Of a DNA stretch of 64,000 nt, positions 9,035-18,745 are shown one piece after another; position 1 is the stretch's first letter; every line of letters begins with the position of its first letter. The translations under genes and the position numbers were made by a program. The notes beneath the pieces were generated by a model, which worked only from the letters and a program-made list of their open reading frames with translations, made no database searches and had not been told where the DNA came from. Source of the DNA: a candidate division BRC1 bacterium ADurb.Bin183 (GTDB lineage: Bacteria; Sumerlaeota; Sumerlaeia; MWCT01); contig MWCT01000001.1 of NCBI GenBank assembly GCA_002070185.1, forward strand, positions 267,110 to 331,109, in the 5' to 3' direction.

Positions 9035-11875
9035 CTATTTCTGTTTCATAATATGAATGATATCCGCAACGTCTATGATATTGTCCTTGTTATCATCGGC
9101 GGCATTTTTTTCTTCAGGTGTGAACGGTTTTTTGCCCAGAATATGCGAAATAATTGCGGGGATTGACGGAATATATTCGTATGCTCCCATATCATAACCA
9201 GAGCCCTGAGGACGCTTTACGCCGAGAATATCATAATCCGGCGCGCCTTCGGATGTCCCCTTGTCAATACAGGGGGAATTCGGCTGAAGCCGCAAATCCC
9301 ATTTTGTTGGGTCATCGCCGGATACATTGACAAACATAGGATTATCAGAAATATTGCCCCCGCCTGATATCCCACCGCTGAAACAACTGTACTTCACCAC
9401 ACCGCCGGAAAATTTAAAGTCTTCAGTATAATTATCCCATACTATACAGTTGGTCACTGTGCCTTTGTTATAAATCCCGCCGCCGTCTATTGCTCTGTTA
9501 TTATAGACTGTGCAATTGGTCACTGCGCCTTTGTTATAAATCCCGCCGCCGCGAGTTTTTGCGTTGTTTCCATAGACTGTGCAGTTGATCACCGTGCCGG
9601 AGTCGTAGTTATAAATCCCGCCGCCGCTATATTTTGCGCTGTTTCCATATATTGTGCAGTTGGTCACCGTGCCGTAGTTAGAAATCCCTCCGCCGTCATC
9701 TGCGTTGTTATTATAGACTATGCAATTGGTCACTGTGCCTTTGTTATAAATCCCGCCGCCGCAGAAGTCTTTGGCTATGACGTGTGTGCTTGATCTATTT
9801 CCATAGATTGTGCAGTTGGTCACCGTGCCTTTTTCGTAGTTATAAATCCCGCCGCCGTAATCTGCTTTGTTTTCATAGACGGTGCAGTTGGTCACCGTGC
9901 CGGAGTCGTAGTTATAAATTCCGCCGCCGCTATATTTTGCGCTGTTTCCATAGACTGTGCAGTCGGTCACCGTGCCTTTTTCGTCGTTATAAATCCCGCC
10001 GCCGATGTCTGTTGAGGTGTTATTATAGACTGTGCAGTTGGTCATCGTGCCGGAGTTATCTATCCCGCCGCCGTTTTTGGTTGCACTGTTTTCATAGACT
10101 GTGCAGTTGGTTACCGTGCCGTAGTTATAAATCCCACCGCCATCAGATACTGCGCTGTTTCCATAGACTGTACAGTTGGTCACCGTGCCTTGCCAGCTAT
10201 CAATCCCGCCGCCAACGTCTGCGTTATTTCCATAGACTGTGCAGTTGGTTACCGTGCCGTATTTGTTACTAATCCCGCCGCCGCTGCCAAATTGGCTTAA
10301 TACTTTGTTTCCATAGATTGTGCAGTTGGTCACTGTGCCAGTATTGTAAATCCCGCCGCCGTAATTTTCAGTTTTGCCTCTTGTAATATGAAAGCCGTCC
10401 AAAAATCCTGAGTTTTGGACGCAACGGCAAGCATCCTCTCCATCTATGATTGTGGGATGCGAGGAAATGTTCCGTTGTGAAAGTTGTGATTCCGTTCCCG
10501 CAAAGCCGCCATAAAGTGTAACGCGAATAGGAATTATTAATGTCTGCCCCTCAGCGTATGTTCCTTCCGCAACCCAGATTTGATAAATATCATCAGAATC
10601 CGCAATCTTATTCAAGGCGGCATTGATGGTTTTCAAAGCCGTCTTCCACGAGAGCCCATTATTGGCGTCGTTTCCGGATTTAGAAACATAAAGAGGACCC
10701 AAAGCTCGAGGCGGTTGAGGCTCATATTCATTGGGAGATTCATAGGCTCCCATGCAGACTTTGCCATCGGCGCCCGGTCGAGGATTGCCCATAATGTCTG
10801 TCTCCGGTGCGTCCTTCGTGCTCCCCGTATCCACACAAGGAGAGCCATTTTGCAATCGAAAATCCCATGTTGATAAATCGCCTGATGTGTTGACGAAAAG
10901 GGGATTCCCCCGTATATTTCCGTCATTTCCATCAGCCTCTTCGAAACAGCTATATTTCACAGATACTCTATTCCAAATATCTCCAAGCGAGTTTTTCCAT
11001 GAGATACAGTTGGTCACCGTGCCTTTGTTATAAATCCCGCCGACGATGTCCGTTGCGCTGTTATTATAGACTGTGCAGTTGGTCACCGTGCCTTTGTTAT
11101 AAATCCCGCCGCCGCCATATTTTGCGTTGTTGCTATAGACTGTGCAGTTAGTCACTGTGCCTTTTTCGTCGTTATGAATCCCGCCACCGTAATTTGCTTT
11201 GTTTTCATAGACTGTGCAATTGGTCAGCGCGCCGGAGTCGTAGTTATAAATCCCGCCGCCGTAACTTGTTGCGCTGTTATTATAGACGGTGCAGTTGGTC
11301 ACCGTGCCGGAAGAATCGTTATAAATCCCGCCGCCGTAACTTGTTGCGCTGTTATTATAGACTGTGCAGTTGGTCACCGTGCCGGAAGAGTTATAAATCC
11401 CGCCGCCGTAACTTGTTGCGCTGTTATTATAGACTGTGCAATTGGTCACCCTGCCGTAATTGTTATAAATCCCGCCGCCTAAGCCATATATCCCTCTTGT
11501 AATATGAAAGCCGTCCAAAACTCCTGAGTTATGGACGCATTGACGGGCATCCTCTCCATCTATGATTGTAGGATGTGCGGAAATGTTCCGTTCTGAAAGT
11601 TGTGATTCCGTTCCCGCAAAGCCGCCATAGAGCGCAACATCTTCACGATTACTAACGGTTTTAGATTCTGCATAGGTCCCTTTTGCGACCCAAACCTCAT
11701 CGCCTTCTTGTGCCTTTTCTGTTGCCTTTACAATTGTTTTTAAGGCGGCATCCCATGAAACTCCCGAATTAGTATCCTTGCCGGTGGTTTTCACATAATA
11801 CCGCGCCGCAAAGGTGGAAGTTGACATAATCACCCAAAATGCAATTACCGGGAAGATGCCTCGAGTAGATTTCAT
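9035..11875 (-). CDS. Secreted right-handed parallel beta-helix repeat protein, internally duplicated, with a dockerin-like C-terminal tail
   Basis: Track ORF 9035..11905; the ATG at 11875 (MKSTRG...) has a GGAG-type RBS. Two homologous ~450-aa modules, each with many GTVTNCTVYNNSA..GGGIYN rungs. C-terminus DDNKDNIIDVADIIHI resembles one dockerin/EF-hand-like Ca-binding loop. Confidence 0.7.
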   Translation of the reverse strand: MKSTRGIFPVIAFWVIMSTSTFAARYYVKTTGKDTNSGVSWDAALKTIVKATEKAQEGDEVWVAKGTYAESKTVSNREDVALYGGFAGTESQLSERNISAHPTIIDGEDARQCVHNSGVLDGFHITRGIYGLGGGIYNNYGRVTNCTVYNNSATSYGGGIYNSSGTVTNCTVYNNSATSYGGGIYNDSSGTVTNCTVYNNSATSYGGGIYNYDSGALTNCTVYENKANYGGGIHNDEKGTVTNCTVYSNNAKYGGGGIYNKGTVTNCTVYNNSATDIVGGIYNKGTVTNCISWKNSLGDIWNRVSVKYSCFEEADGNDGNIRGNPLFVNTSGDLSTWDFRLQNGSPCVDTGSTKDAPETDIMGNPRPGADGKVCMGAYESPNEYEPQPPRALGPLYVSKSGNDANNGLSWKTALKTINAALNKIADSDDIYQIWVAEGTYAEGQTLIIPIRVTLYGGFAGTESQLSQRNISSHPTIIDGEDACRCVQNSGFLDGFHITRGKTENYGGGIYNTGTVTNCTIYGNKVLSQFGSGGGISNKYGTVTNCTVYGNNADVGGGIDSWQGTVTNCTVYGNSAVSDGGGIYNYGTVTNCTVYENSATKNGGGIDNSGTMTNCTVYNNTSTDIGGGIYNDEKGTVTDCTVYGNSAKYSGGGIYNYDSGTVTNCTVYENKADYGGGIYNYEKGTVTNCTIYGNRSSTHVIAKDFCGGGIYNKGTVTNCIVYNNNADDGGGISNYGTVTNCTIYGNSAKYSGGGIYNYDSGTVINCTVYGNNAKTRGGGIYNKGAVTNCTVYNNRAIDGGGIYNKGTVTNCIVWDNYTEDFKFSGGVVKYSCFSGGISGGGNISDNPMFVNVSGDDPTKWDLRLQPNSPCIDKGTSEGAPDYDILGVKRPQGSGYDMGAYEYIPSIPAIISHILGKKPFTPEEKNAADDNKDNIIDVADIIHIMKQK
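9400..10350 (-). repeat. Degenerate tandem coding repeats (~70-75 nt period) encoding beta-helix rungs, C-terminal module
   Basis: Recurring near-identical stretches such as tgtgcagttggtcaccgtgcc...tataaatcccgccgcc appear roughly every 70-80 nt. Confidence 0.7.
10990..11480 (-). repeat. Degenerate tandem coding repeats encoding beta-helix rungs, N-terminal module
   Basis: Same repeat family as 9400..10350; several units are near-identical at the DNA level (e.g. gctgttattatagactgtgcagttggtcaccgtgccggaag). Confidence 0.7.
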
Positions 11876-11953
11876 TTTTATCCCCTCTCCAAATGTTCGA
11901 TACATTCAAATTCTCGACAAATAGAGAAACCAATTGCAATAAATATTTAGGGA

Positions 11954-11988
11954 AATCCGGGCATGGCTTGCCGCATGCGCCGGCAGCG
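11954..11988. repeat. 35-nt motif, copy B of an imperfect direct repeat (see 7496..7530)
   Basis: 31/35 identity to copy A, same orientation, intergenic between the stop of the GT39-like gene and the start of the beta-helix gene. Confidence 0.6.
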
Positions 11989-12107
11989 CCGATTATTCTC
12001 TTTTATAAATCTCAACAATTTTGAGGAATCAGGGTAGGGCGAGAGGGCTTGGGGTTTTAAGACGCTCTGGACACGATGACTTATCTGCCGTTGGCAAAGG
12101 CAAAAGT

Positions 12108-14078
12108 TTACTCCATTGTTTTCATTTCTATTTGTTCAACCCATATGGAAAGTTCGCGGGTATCCGCATCAAGAGGGTCGAGGCGCTGGGGCGATTGGGT
12201 GCGGCTGGAAAGGATGCGCGCCTCATTGACTCCGCTGAAAAGGGCTTCCGGCTCGATTTCCCATGCGATGTCCTGCCAACCTTGATGAAGCGTTCGGGAT
12301 GTGAGCAGGGTATCATTCACCATCAGATTCAGTTGGAGGGCGGGGTTCATTGCCTGATTGTAAGGGAAAACGCGGACGGACACCGCGAGCGGCTGCGCGT
12401 TTTCCAGAGTAAAAAAGAAAAAGCCTTCTTTGCCGTCCATGGCTCGGAGGGCTTTCCCCTCCCAGATTTCGCGCCCGCTCCAGCCCATGCCAAGATAGGG
12501 GCATTTTTCCTTTCCGGGAAAGATGATAAGATGGGGATTCGAATTGCCCAGAGGCGCGGTTTCAATGCGGGCGGAGTGTTTCTGCCAGATGGAGAGTCCC
12601 CAGAATTGAGGCGCTTCTTTATGCATGCCATTTTCTAAAATCTGCCGGTATCGAAGATTCGGGATATGCGCCGTTTCGATATAGGAGGGCAGAACAATTA
12701 AATGATTTCCGCGGCTGCGCAAAATATTCTCGAGCGTTTTTGTATCATCAAAATCAGTTTTTATGACCGTGTTTGTGCCGCAAAAAATGTTTTGATAGTA
12801 AGGAGCGACAAGAAAGTCTGCCTCCGTTCCCACAACCACAATTTTGTTTTTATGCTCCTCGCGGGCAAGTCTTTGGAAAAACCCGCGCCAGTCTGCGCGG
12901 TTGACGGGATACGCAAGGATATAGTAAAGCCCCGCCCCGAGACATAATGCGCCCAAAAATAAAGCCGCCGATGTCGCGGCGGCGGGCGCTGGCTTTTTGA
13001 AAAAGCGCCGAACAATGACTCCTGTAATCCACCCAAGCGTTTCGATTCCCATAGCGGCAAGCGCAAGAGCCGCCGGCAACGCCGCAAGGACATATCGCAC
13101 CTCCATCCAGTGATTGATGGCGTAATAAAACCCGAACATCCCTGCGAAAAAAACCGTGAATAAAAAAAAGCAAAAAAGGGCGGCGGGTCTTTTGTCGCGT
13201 CTGATAATCCAGCCTGCCAGACCAATCGCCATCAATGCCAAAAGCGCCCAGCCGCTCCCCGCAACGTATTGCCACCAATCATAGCCCAGCGCAAAAATAT
13301 CCAGATAAAGGCGCGCCCGTTCCCATGAGGCGGCGTCAAAGGGGGCGTAGTATTGAGTCTGAATGGCGCCGGCGCCCCGCTGCATGAGCGGAATCATGCT
13401 TAAAAGCGTCAAGAGAAGGAGGGCGGCGGGAAAAAGCCATTGCCGTTTTTGGGCGAACATCTCCCGCGGTTTATAAGGATGTTCTTTTTTCATAAGAAAC
13501 CAGCCCGCGCCAAAAAGAAGAGCCGCAAAGCAGACCAGCCCTGTCCAGTAAAGCGACCAGAGGCAAATCGCCATCGTGAAAATCAAAAAAGACATCTGGC
13601 GCGGACGGGGCGGCGCTGGCGATTTTGCCACACTCCAGAATGCGCCAAGGAACAGGCTTTCGGAAAAAAGCATCAAGGCATAGGGGCGCCCCTCTTGAGA
13701 ATATCGCGCCATCAAAGGGTTGCCAAGCGCCAGAATCAAGACGATAAGCCCGAGGGCGCTTCCGCCCATTTTCCATGCCCACCACCCCAGCGCCGCAACC
13801 GCCGCCGAACCGATGATGCAGGCATGCAAACGCGCGCGCGCCTCCGATGTTGGGGCATCCTTTTTCATAAAAAACCACTGAATGTAATAATCCAGCGGAG
13901 GTTTGTCGCTTGGGGATTGAGACCATATTTTGCCAAACCGCCCGCTTGTTGTCCGCATTTGAAGAATCTCATCCTGCCAAAAGGAGGCGCGGTCAATATG
14001 GGGCAAACGCGTAAAAAACGCTGCGATAAAACCGAGCAGAAGATAAACTATGAAAACCGGTTTTTTAACGGGAAACAT
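12108..14078 (-). CDS. Membrane glycosyltransferase, GT39/GT83-like (ArnT/PMT family) with C-terminal extracytoplasmic domain
   Basis: 656 aa, many TM helices in the first ~450 aa, an early DE motif in the first loop (FWQDEIL) and a soluble C-terminal domain. Typical of ArnT/PMT-type glycosyltransferases. Confidence 0.55.
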   Translation of the reverse strand: MFPVKKPVFIVYLLLGFIAAFFTRLPHIDRASFWQDEILQMRTTSGRFGKIWSQSPSDKPPLDYYIQWFFMKKDAPTSEARARLHACIIGSAAVAALGWWAWKMGGSALGLIVLILALGNPLMARYSQEGRPYALMLFSESLFLGAFWSVAKSPAPPRPRQMSFLIFTMAICLWSLYWTGLVCFAALLFGAGWFLMKKEHPYKPREMFAQKRQWLFPAALLLLTLLSMIPLMQRGAGAIQTQYYAPFDAASWERARLYLDIFALGYDWWQYVAGSGWALLALMAIGLAGWIIRRDKRPAALFCFFLFTVFFAGMFGFYYAINHWMEVRYVLAALPAALALAAMGIETLGWITGVIVRRFFKKPAPAAATSAALFLGALCLGAGLYYILAYPVNRADWRGFFQRLAREEHKNKIVVVGTEADFLVAPYYQNIFCGTNTVIKTDFDDTKTLENILRSRGNHLIVLPSYIETAHIPNLRYRQILENGMHKEAPQFWGLSIWQKHSARIETAPLGNSNPHLIIFPGKEKCPYLGMGWSGREIWEGKALRAMDGKEGFFFFTLENAQPLAVSVRVFPYNQAMNPALQLNLMVNDTLLTSRTLHQGWQDIAWEIEPEALFSGVNEARILSSRTQSPQRLDPLDADTRELSIWVEQIEMKTME

Positions 14079-14243
14079 ATTTTTTAATTCCTGTTAACAC
14101 TTATGGTTCAAACGAAAAATATAGTTGCAGCGGCGTCCGGCAATATACAAGAATTTTTGCAATTCGTGACGCCGATATTTTATCGGCATATTTTTTGCCT
14201 TGATATATCGCAGTTATATTTCACGGGCGGAGAAAGGCGTTTG

Positions 14244-15185
14244 GCGATGTCTCTTTGGACAAAGAGGAACAAAGGCTGGCTGATAATTGTTCCATTTGGG
14301 ACACTTTTTATCTTTGCCCTGATGCTTTCCCGTCCGATTTTATCCGACGAATCTACAACAGGCGTGAAAACCGTCCAAATACAGGATAAATCCGCGCCCT
14401 CGTCTCCGCAGCCCGAGAAAATCCGCGCCACTATCCGCCGTCTTGGAGATGTGGGAATGCGGCGCTCCATGCTTCATAAACGCCGCAATTCCCTGATGAA
14501 GGAAATGGGAAAAGCCAGAAGAGGCGCTAACTTTGACAAGCCCGGTCTTCGGCAATTCTTTTTCAAAAGAGGGTTCGAAAAAAAGGCGTCAGATTTGCAT
14601 CTTGTCCTCGAAGAAGAGCGGGAACTATCCATCGAACAACGCCTCCTCCTTCGAAAACTTCTCGAAAATAAAACCCTGACAAATGATTTAATTAATGAAG
14701 AAATAGCATCTATTGAAAAGGCGGGAAAACCATCGGCGGGCGATAAAAAAACCGCTGCGCAGGATAATAAATTCCGAGCCGCCAGACGCATCGAATCCCT
14801 CAGACAGATTCGCGAAGCCCTTGATTATCTGGAAAAAAATCCGCGCCAGCCCGCGCCGGCGGAAAAAATCTCAAAGACCGAAGAAACGGCGCAGACTGCC
14901 GGCGCCCCTCAGCCGCGTTCGCCGCGTCCCCGCAGCCGTATGAGGGCGCGCCCTGAAACCGGCGATGAAAAGGAATGGGCGCAAAATTTTGTCGGACAAA
15001 AAATGCGGCGTCTCCAAAATCAGATGCAGGAGCTCCGCATCAATTTGGAACGCTCCCAACGGGAAATGGAAGACCTGAAACGAATCATCAAAACGCTTCG
15101 CGAGCGCCGTCCGGAAATCTTTGAGGAGATTGAAAAAGAGGGACGGGAGCAAAAAATAAATCCCGAAAGCGAAAAGAAGAATTAA
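14244..15185 (+). CDS. Hypothetical membrane-anchored coiled-coil protein
   Basis: Track ORF starts at 14103, only 25 nt from the divergent gene start. The internal ATG at 14244 (MSLWTKRNKGWLIIVPFGTLFIFALML) gives one TM helix followed by a charged, coiled-coil-like sequence. Confidence 0.4.
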   Translation, partial: AMSLWTKRNKGWLIIVPFGTLFIFALMLSRPILSDESTTGVKTVQIQDKSAPSSPQPEKIRATIRRLGDVGMRRSMLHKRRNSLMKEMGKARRGANFDKPGLRQFFFKRGFEKKASDLHLVLEEERELSIEQRLLLRKLLENKTLTNDLINEEIASIEKAGKPSAGDKKTAAQDNKFRAARRIESLRQIREALDYLEKNPRQPAPAEKISKTEETAQTAGAPQPRSPRPRSRMRARPETGDEKEWAQNFVGQKMRRLQNQMQELRINLERSQREMEDLKRIIKTLRERRPEIFEEIEKEGREQKINPESEKKN

Positions 15186-17785
15186 CGTCCGCGAATTTTT
15201 TTCCCATAGGGCGTGACTGTCATGCCCAAATTCTCAATCTTTTCGATGCGCGCGACCACATCTTTAAAACCGGCGTCCACACGGAAAATCTGCTTGTATA
15301 GTTTGAGCGCTTTTTGGTGCTCCAGTTCCTTTTCGAATTGAATGGCGGTGTCCAGAAAATAGGACTTAATCTCTTCCTGATGGGGGTTATCCGATAAAGA
15401 GAGTTTGATTTCGCCCAGCGTCTCCTCGGCAAGGTCGAGCATCCCGCGCCGGGCAAGACAGTAAGCGAGTTTCGCCTTGCAGATATCGGGCTGAGGGGCG
15501 AGCTGCGCGGCTCGCTGGTAATGTTTGACCGCTTCCGTAAAATCCTCAAAAAAGCAAAGCAAGTCGCCCGCCTCCTCGCGGAGTTCGGAATTGTCCGGTT
15601 CGGCTTCGAGCCTTTGAATCGCTTCGTCCAACTTGCGCTTTTTTTCGCTGCTGAGGGCTTTTTCGAGGAGTTTGGTATTATCTTTGTCGGCGGGCGCCAG
15701 CGCCTTTGCCTTGTCGAAAAGCTCCATAGCATCGGGGAAGCGTTTGCAATCCAGATAAAGTTTGCCGAGCTTAGTCAGGAGTTTTGGATTTTCCGGAGAA
15801 CGTGCAATCATGCGCTGTCCGGCGATAAGCGCCTCCGCCTGATTGCCGACGGCGCAAAGGGCGTCAAAGAAGATGTCCAATCGGTCGGCAATCAATTCCT
15901 CGTTGCGCTCAAAACATATGCGCCAGTGGCGGACGAGCGTCTCCCAGTCTTTTTCTTCCAACGCAAGTTCGCCGAATTTTTTATGGGCGGGGAGGTAGTC
16001 GGGGTCAATGCGGAAGATTTTTTCGCAGCAGGATTTCATAACCGACCGCGGTTCGAGGACGCGGGAAGAGGCGCGTTCATAGATGGCAAGCGCCTTGTCC
16101 AATTCTTTATCCTTCAAGCACATATCGGCAAGGTAATCAAGGAGCAAAAAGTTTTGCTCATACTTTGATGCCAGATTTTCGATGAATGCTCGGATCTCCT
16201 CCTTCATCTCCGGATGGAAATAAAGGAAGGTGTCAATCTCGCTTGTCACGCGTTCAAAATAGGAATTGACCATGAGACGCTCAATCAGGTCGTAACGGAG
16301 TTTTGTGTTTTTAGGGTCGGCGTCAATTTTATCGCGCAGGTCTTTTATCTGGGCGTTCACGATAGCGCCCTCAATCTTGCGTGCAAGAATCTGCAGCTCG
16401 TCCTTTTTTTCCTGCGGGGCGATTTTAATAGCCTCGGCGAGTTCCTCCCGCGCGCGGTCATATTCCTTGTGGTCATAGTAGAGCTGGGCGAGCAGCTGCG
16501 GGAACTGGTATTCTTCCGGATAGCGTTCCCGCGCCTTGTTGAGATGCTCGATGGCGCCCTCGTAATTTTCTTTCTGGATGAGCAGCTGTGCGTATTCCTT
16601 GAGGATGAGGGGGGACATTTCGCCCTGCCGCAGCAGGTGTTCGATGTGTTTTTCGACCATGGCAACGTTCAACGTTTCAAGGTGATACTGGAGGAGCATA
16701 CGGCGCAGGTCTTTGTTATCGGATTCAAGGGAAAGCAGCCGTTCGTAATATTCCGCGCCTTCGCCTTTTTTGCCGAGTTCCCAGCAAAGGTCGCCGATAT
16801 CGCGGAGGAGTTGGGTATCGTCGGGCGATGCTTGCAGGATGCGGCGATACTCAAAGAGCGTTTTGGCGCAGGGCGCTTCCTCCACGCGGGCGGCTTGGGC
16901 GAGGAGTTCGCGCACGCGGCTGGTGTTTCCCACTTTCAGATAAAGGCGCTCGAGCCGGAGAATCTCATCCAGCGAGTTGAAGTCTGTGCGCGCCTCAATC
17001 AGCGGGATGGCAAGATCCACCTGCTCTGTTTTAAGGTAAAGGTCAGAAAGGCGCAAGGAAAGCGACAGGTCATCCGGATGGCGCGTCTGCAGGTCTTGAT
17101 AAAATGAAATAGCCTCCTCGGGTCTGCCGCTTTTTTCAAACCCTTCGGCAAGAAGATAAAGCGAATCATCGGAAAGGGGGATCGCCTTCATCAACGGAAT
17201 CAAAACGGCGCGGGCGGAGGAGAGGCGTCCGCTTCTGTGGAGGCATTGCCCTTGCGCCTCAATGAGTTGCGGGTCAGCCGGTTTTAAGAGCAGCGCCTTG
17301 TGAATAAAAAAAGAGGCGGCGCGATACCATTTCATACGCATGCCAAAAAAGCCCAGCCCGCCGAAAATTTTGAACAGCAGCGCCTCAAAAGAAAAGATTA
17401 AAAAAGGAGACGCAAAGGCGATAATCAGCGCGACCGGGATGGAGATAACCGCCGTGACCGCGTTTTCCAGCAGGGCGCCCGCCAGCGCCGCCGCTTGAAT
17501 CGAAAGGTTCAAAAAACACAGATACAAAAGCGTTGAGGGGCGTTTGGCGCGTTTGGAATCCATCGTGAGCAGATAGGCAATAATAGAAAAAAATGCCGTG
17601 GCTCCAAAGCCGATAAAAGTATACAGACCGATGACATCCGTCTCCAAATCTCCGATATATTCCCTGATGATGGACAGATGGTCGTATGAGTTCCAATAGG
17701 CGAAATAAAAAAGCGCGAGCGCAACTCCGAGAACAAGAAGCAGCGCCGCAAGCATAATGCTGAAAAAATTCCGCGTTCGATTCAT
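15182..17785 (-). CDS. TPR-repeat protein with N-terminal multi-TM domain
   Basis: 867 aa; N-terminal ~140 aa hydrophobic, the remainder built from many TPR-like helical repeats. Its stop overlaps the stop of the convergent upstream gene by 4 nt. Confidence 0.6.
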   Translation of the reverse strand: MNRTRNFFSIMLAALLLVLGVALALFYFAYWNSYDHLSIIREYIGDLETDVIGLYTFIGFGATAFFSIIAYLLTMDSKRAKRPSTLLYLCFLNLSIQAAALAGALLENAVTAVISIPVALIIAFASPFLIFSFEALLFKIFGGLGFFGMRMKWYRAASFFIHKALLLKPADPQLIEAQGQCLHRSGRLSSARAVLIPLMKAIPLSDDSLYLLAEGFEKSGRPEEAISFYQDLQTRHPDDLSLSLRLSDLYLKTEQVDLAIPLIEARTDFNSLDEILRLERLYLKVGNTSRVRELLAQAARVEEAPCAKTLFEYRRILQASPDDTQLLRDIGDLCWELGKKGEGAEYYERLLSLESDNKDLRRMLLQYHLETLNVAMVEKHIEHLLRQGEMSPLILKEYAQLLIQKENYEGAIEHLNKARERYPEEYQFPQLLAQLYYDHKEYDRAREELAEAIKIAPQEKKDELQILARKIEGAIVNAQIKDLRDKIDADPKNTKLRYDLIERLMVNSYFERVTSEIDTFLYFHPEMKEEIRAFIENLASKYEQNFLLLDYLADMCLKDKELDKALAIYERASSRVLEPRSVMKSCCEKIFRIDPDYLPAHKKFGELALEEKDWETLVRHWRICFERNEELIADRLDIFFDALCAVGNQAEALIAGQRMIARSPENPKLLTKLGKLYLDCKRFPDAMELFDKAKALAPADKDNTKLLEKALSSEKKRKLDEAIQRLEAEPDNSELREEAGDLLCFFEDFTEAVKHYQRAAQLAPQPDICKAKLAYCLARRGMLDLAEETLGEIKLSLSDNPHQEEIKSYFLDTAIQFEKELEHQKALKLYKQIFRVDAGFKDVVARIEKIENLGMTVTPYGKKIRGR

Positions 17786-17862
17786 ATTCTCATTCAGTTA
17801 TTCACATAATATAAAATAATGAATCAGAAGCGCGGATTAAAAATCAACATGAATTCAAAAGT

Positions 17863-18678
17863 TTATTTGATGTGCGGGGCGATCATCTCGTCAACGCGGA
17901 TGAAACTATAGCCGCGTTTTTCGAGTTCCTTGAGCAGCGCATCAAGCCGCACAAAGAATTTATCCTTGCGCCCCGGTCCCGCCCCGATGTGAATCAGCAG
18001 GAAAAATCCGTTCAGTCCGTTCGGGTCTTTTTCCTCCTTTTCCAGAATCTTTCCGTAAATGAAATCGGAAGAGCGGAAGTTGCTGTCCTCCTCCCCCGTG
18101 TAGTCTGCATTTGAATAGGAGCCGGGGGAATAGTTGAAAAGCACCAGCCCCATCTCATTGCTCCAGCGGGAGATGTCTTCGTTATACCATTCATAGGGCG
18201 GAATCCAATATTTATTGACCTTTGGGTTTACGCCGTATTTTTCCAGATATTTAAAGCTGGATTTGACGTCTTCGGTGAATTCCTCTTTGGTGACGAGCGT
18301 TTTATTGACGTCCTCCCATGGGCAATATAGCGGGTGCTTATCCGAGTGCGTGCCGAGGTAATGCCCCTCGTTCACGATGCGGCGGATGATGGGGTCAAAT
18401 TCACGCATGCGGAAAAAGTCTCCCGTAAAAAAGAAAGAGCCTTTGATGCCGTGTTTTTTGAGCACATTGAGGATGTGCTCGCCGCCTTCGCCGAATGAGC
18501 CGCCTGTGAAAACAAGGGAGATTTTCTTTTCATCTGTTGGACCGCGCTCAATGCCGCCGCGCACCCATGTCAGTTTGCCGCCGCCCAAAAGGGAGGCGCA
18601 TCCTGTTTCGGAGAATAAAAGCCCCAGCGCCATCAGTTTAATCATAATCCCGTCGCCTTCCAAAATGGAATAAAGCAT
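17863..18678 (-). CDS. Polysaccharide deacetylase-like (CE4/NodB-homology) lipoprotein
   Basis: Lipoprotein-like signal (LLFSETGCAS). NodB-type motifs HSDKH and PPYEWY are present, but motif 1 is divergent (SLVFTGGS rather than TFDDG). Confidence 0.5.
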   Translation of the reverse strand: MLYSILEGDGIMIKLMALGLLFSETGCASLLGGGKLTWVRGGIERGPTDEKKISLVFTGGSFGEGGEHILNVLKKHGIKGSFFFTGDFFRMREFDPIIRRIVNEGHYLGTHSDKHPLYCPWEDVNKTLVTKEEFTEDVKSSFKYLEKYGVNPKVNKYWIPPYEWYNEDISRWSNEMGLVLFNYSPGSYSNADYTGEEDSNFRSSDFIYGKILEKEEKDPNGLNGFFLLIHIGAGPGRKDKFFVRLDALLKELEKRGYSFIRVDEMIAPHIK

Positions 18679-18745
18679 GTTAGTGTCTCTCCAGTATATT
18701 GAATGTTTAAATAAACCCAGCTCGCAGCGGATTCAAGAAAAATTT

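Noticed and set aside
9784-10272. Plus-strand ORFs with striking Cys/Arg/Ser-rich repeats (9784..10272, 11174..11482, 11194..11502)
   Set aside because: Frame artefacts of the beta-helix tandem repeats read on the opposite strand. The periodicity comes from the repeat DNA, not from selection on these frames.
9400-11480. Possible CRISPR array, given the regular short repeats
   Set aside because: The repeats are degenerate, in-frame coding units of one long ORF (beta-helix rungs), with no unique spacers and no cas genes.
14103-14243. Upstream extension of the coiled-coil protein ORF
   Set aside because: The start at 14103 would be only 25 nt from the divergent gene start at 14078; the internal ATG at 14244 gives a plausible signal-anchor N-terminus.
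16214-17107. 297-aa plus-strand ORF (and 15521..16168 plus)
   Set aside because: Antisense to the 867-aa TPR protein gene; no motifs.
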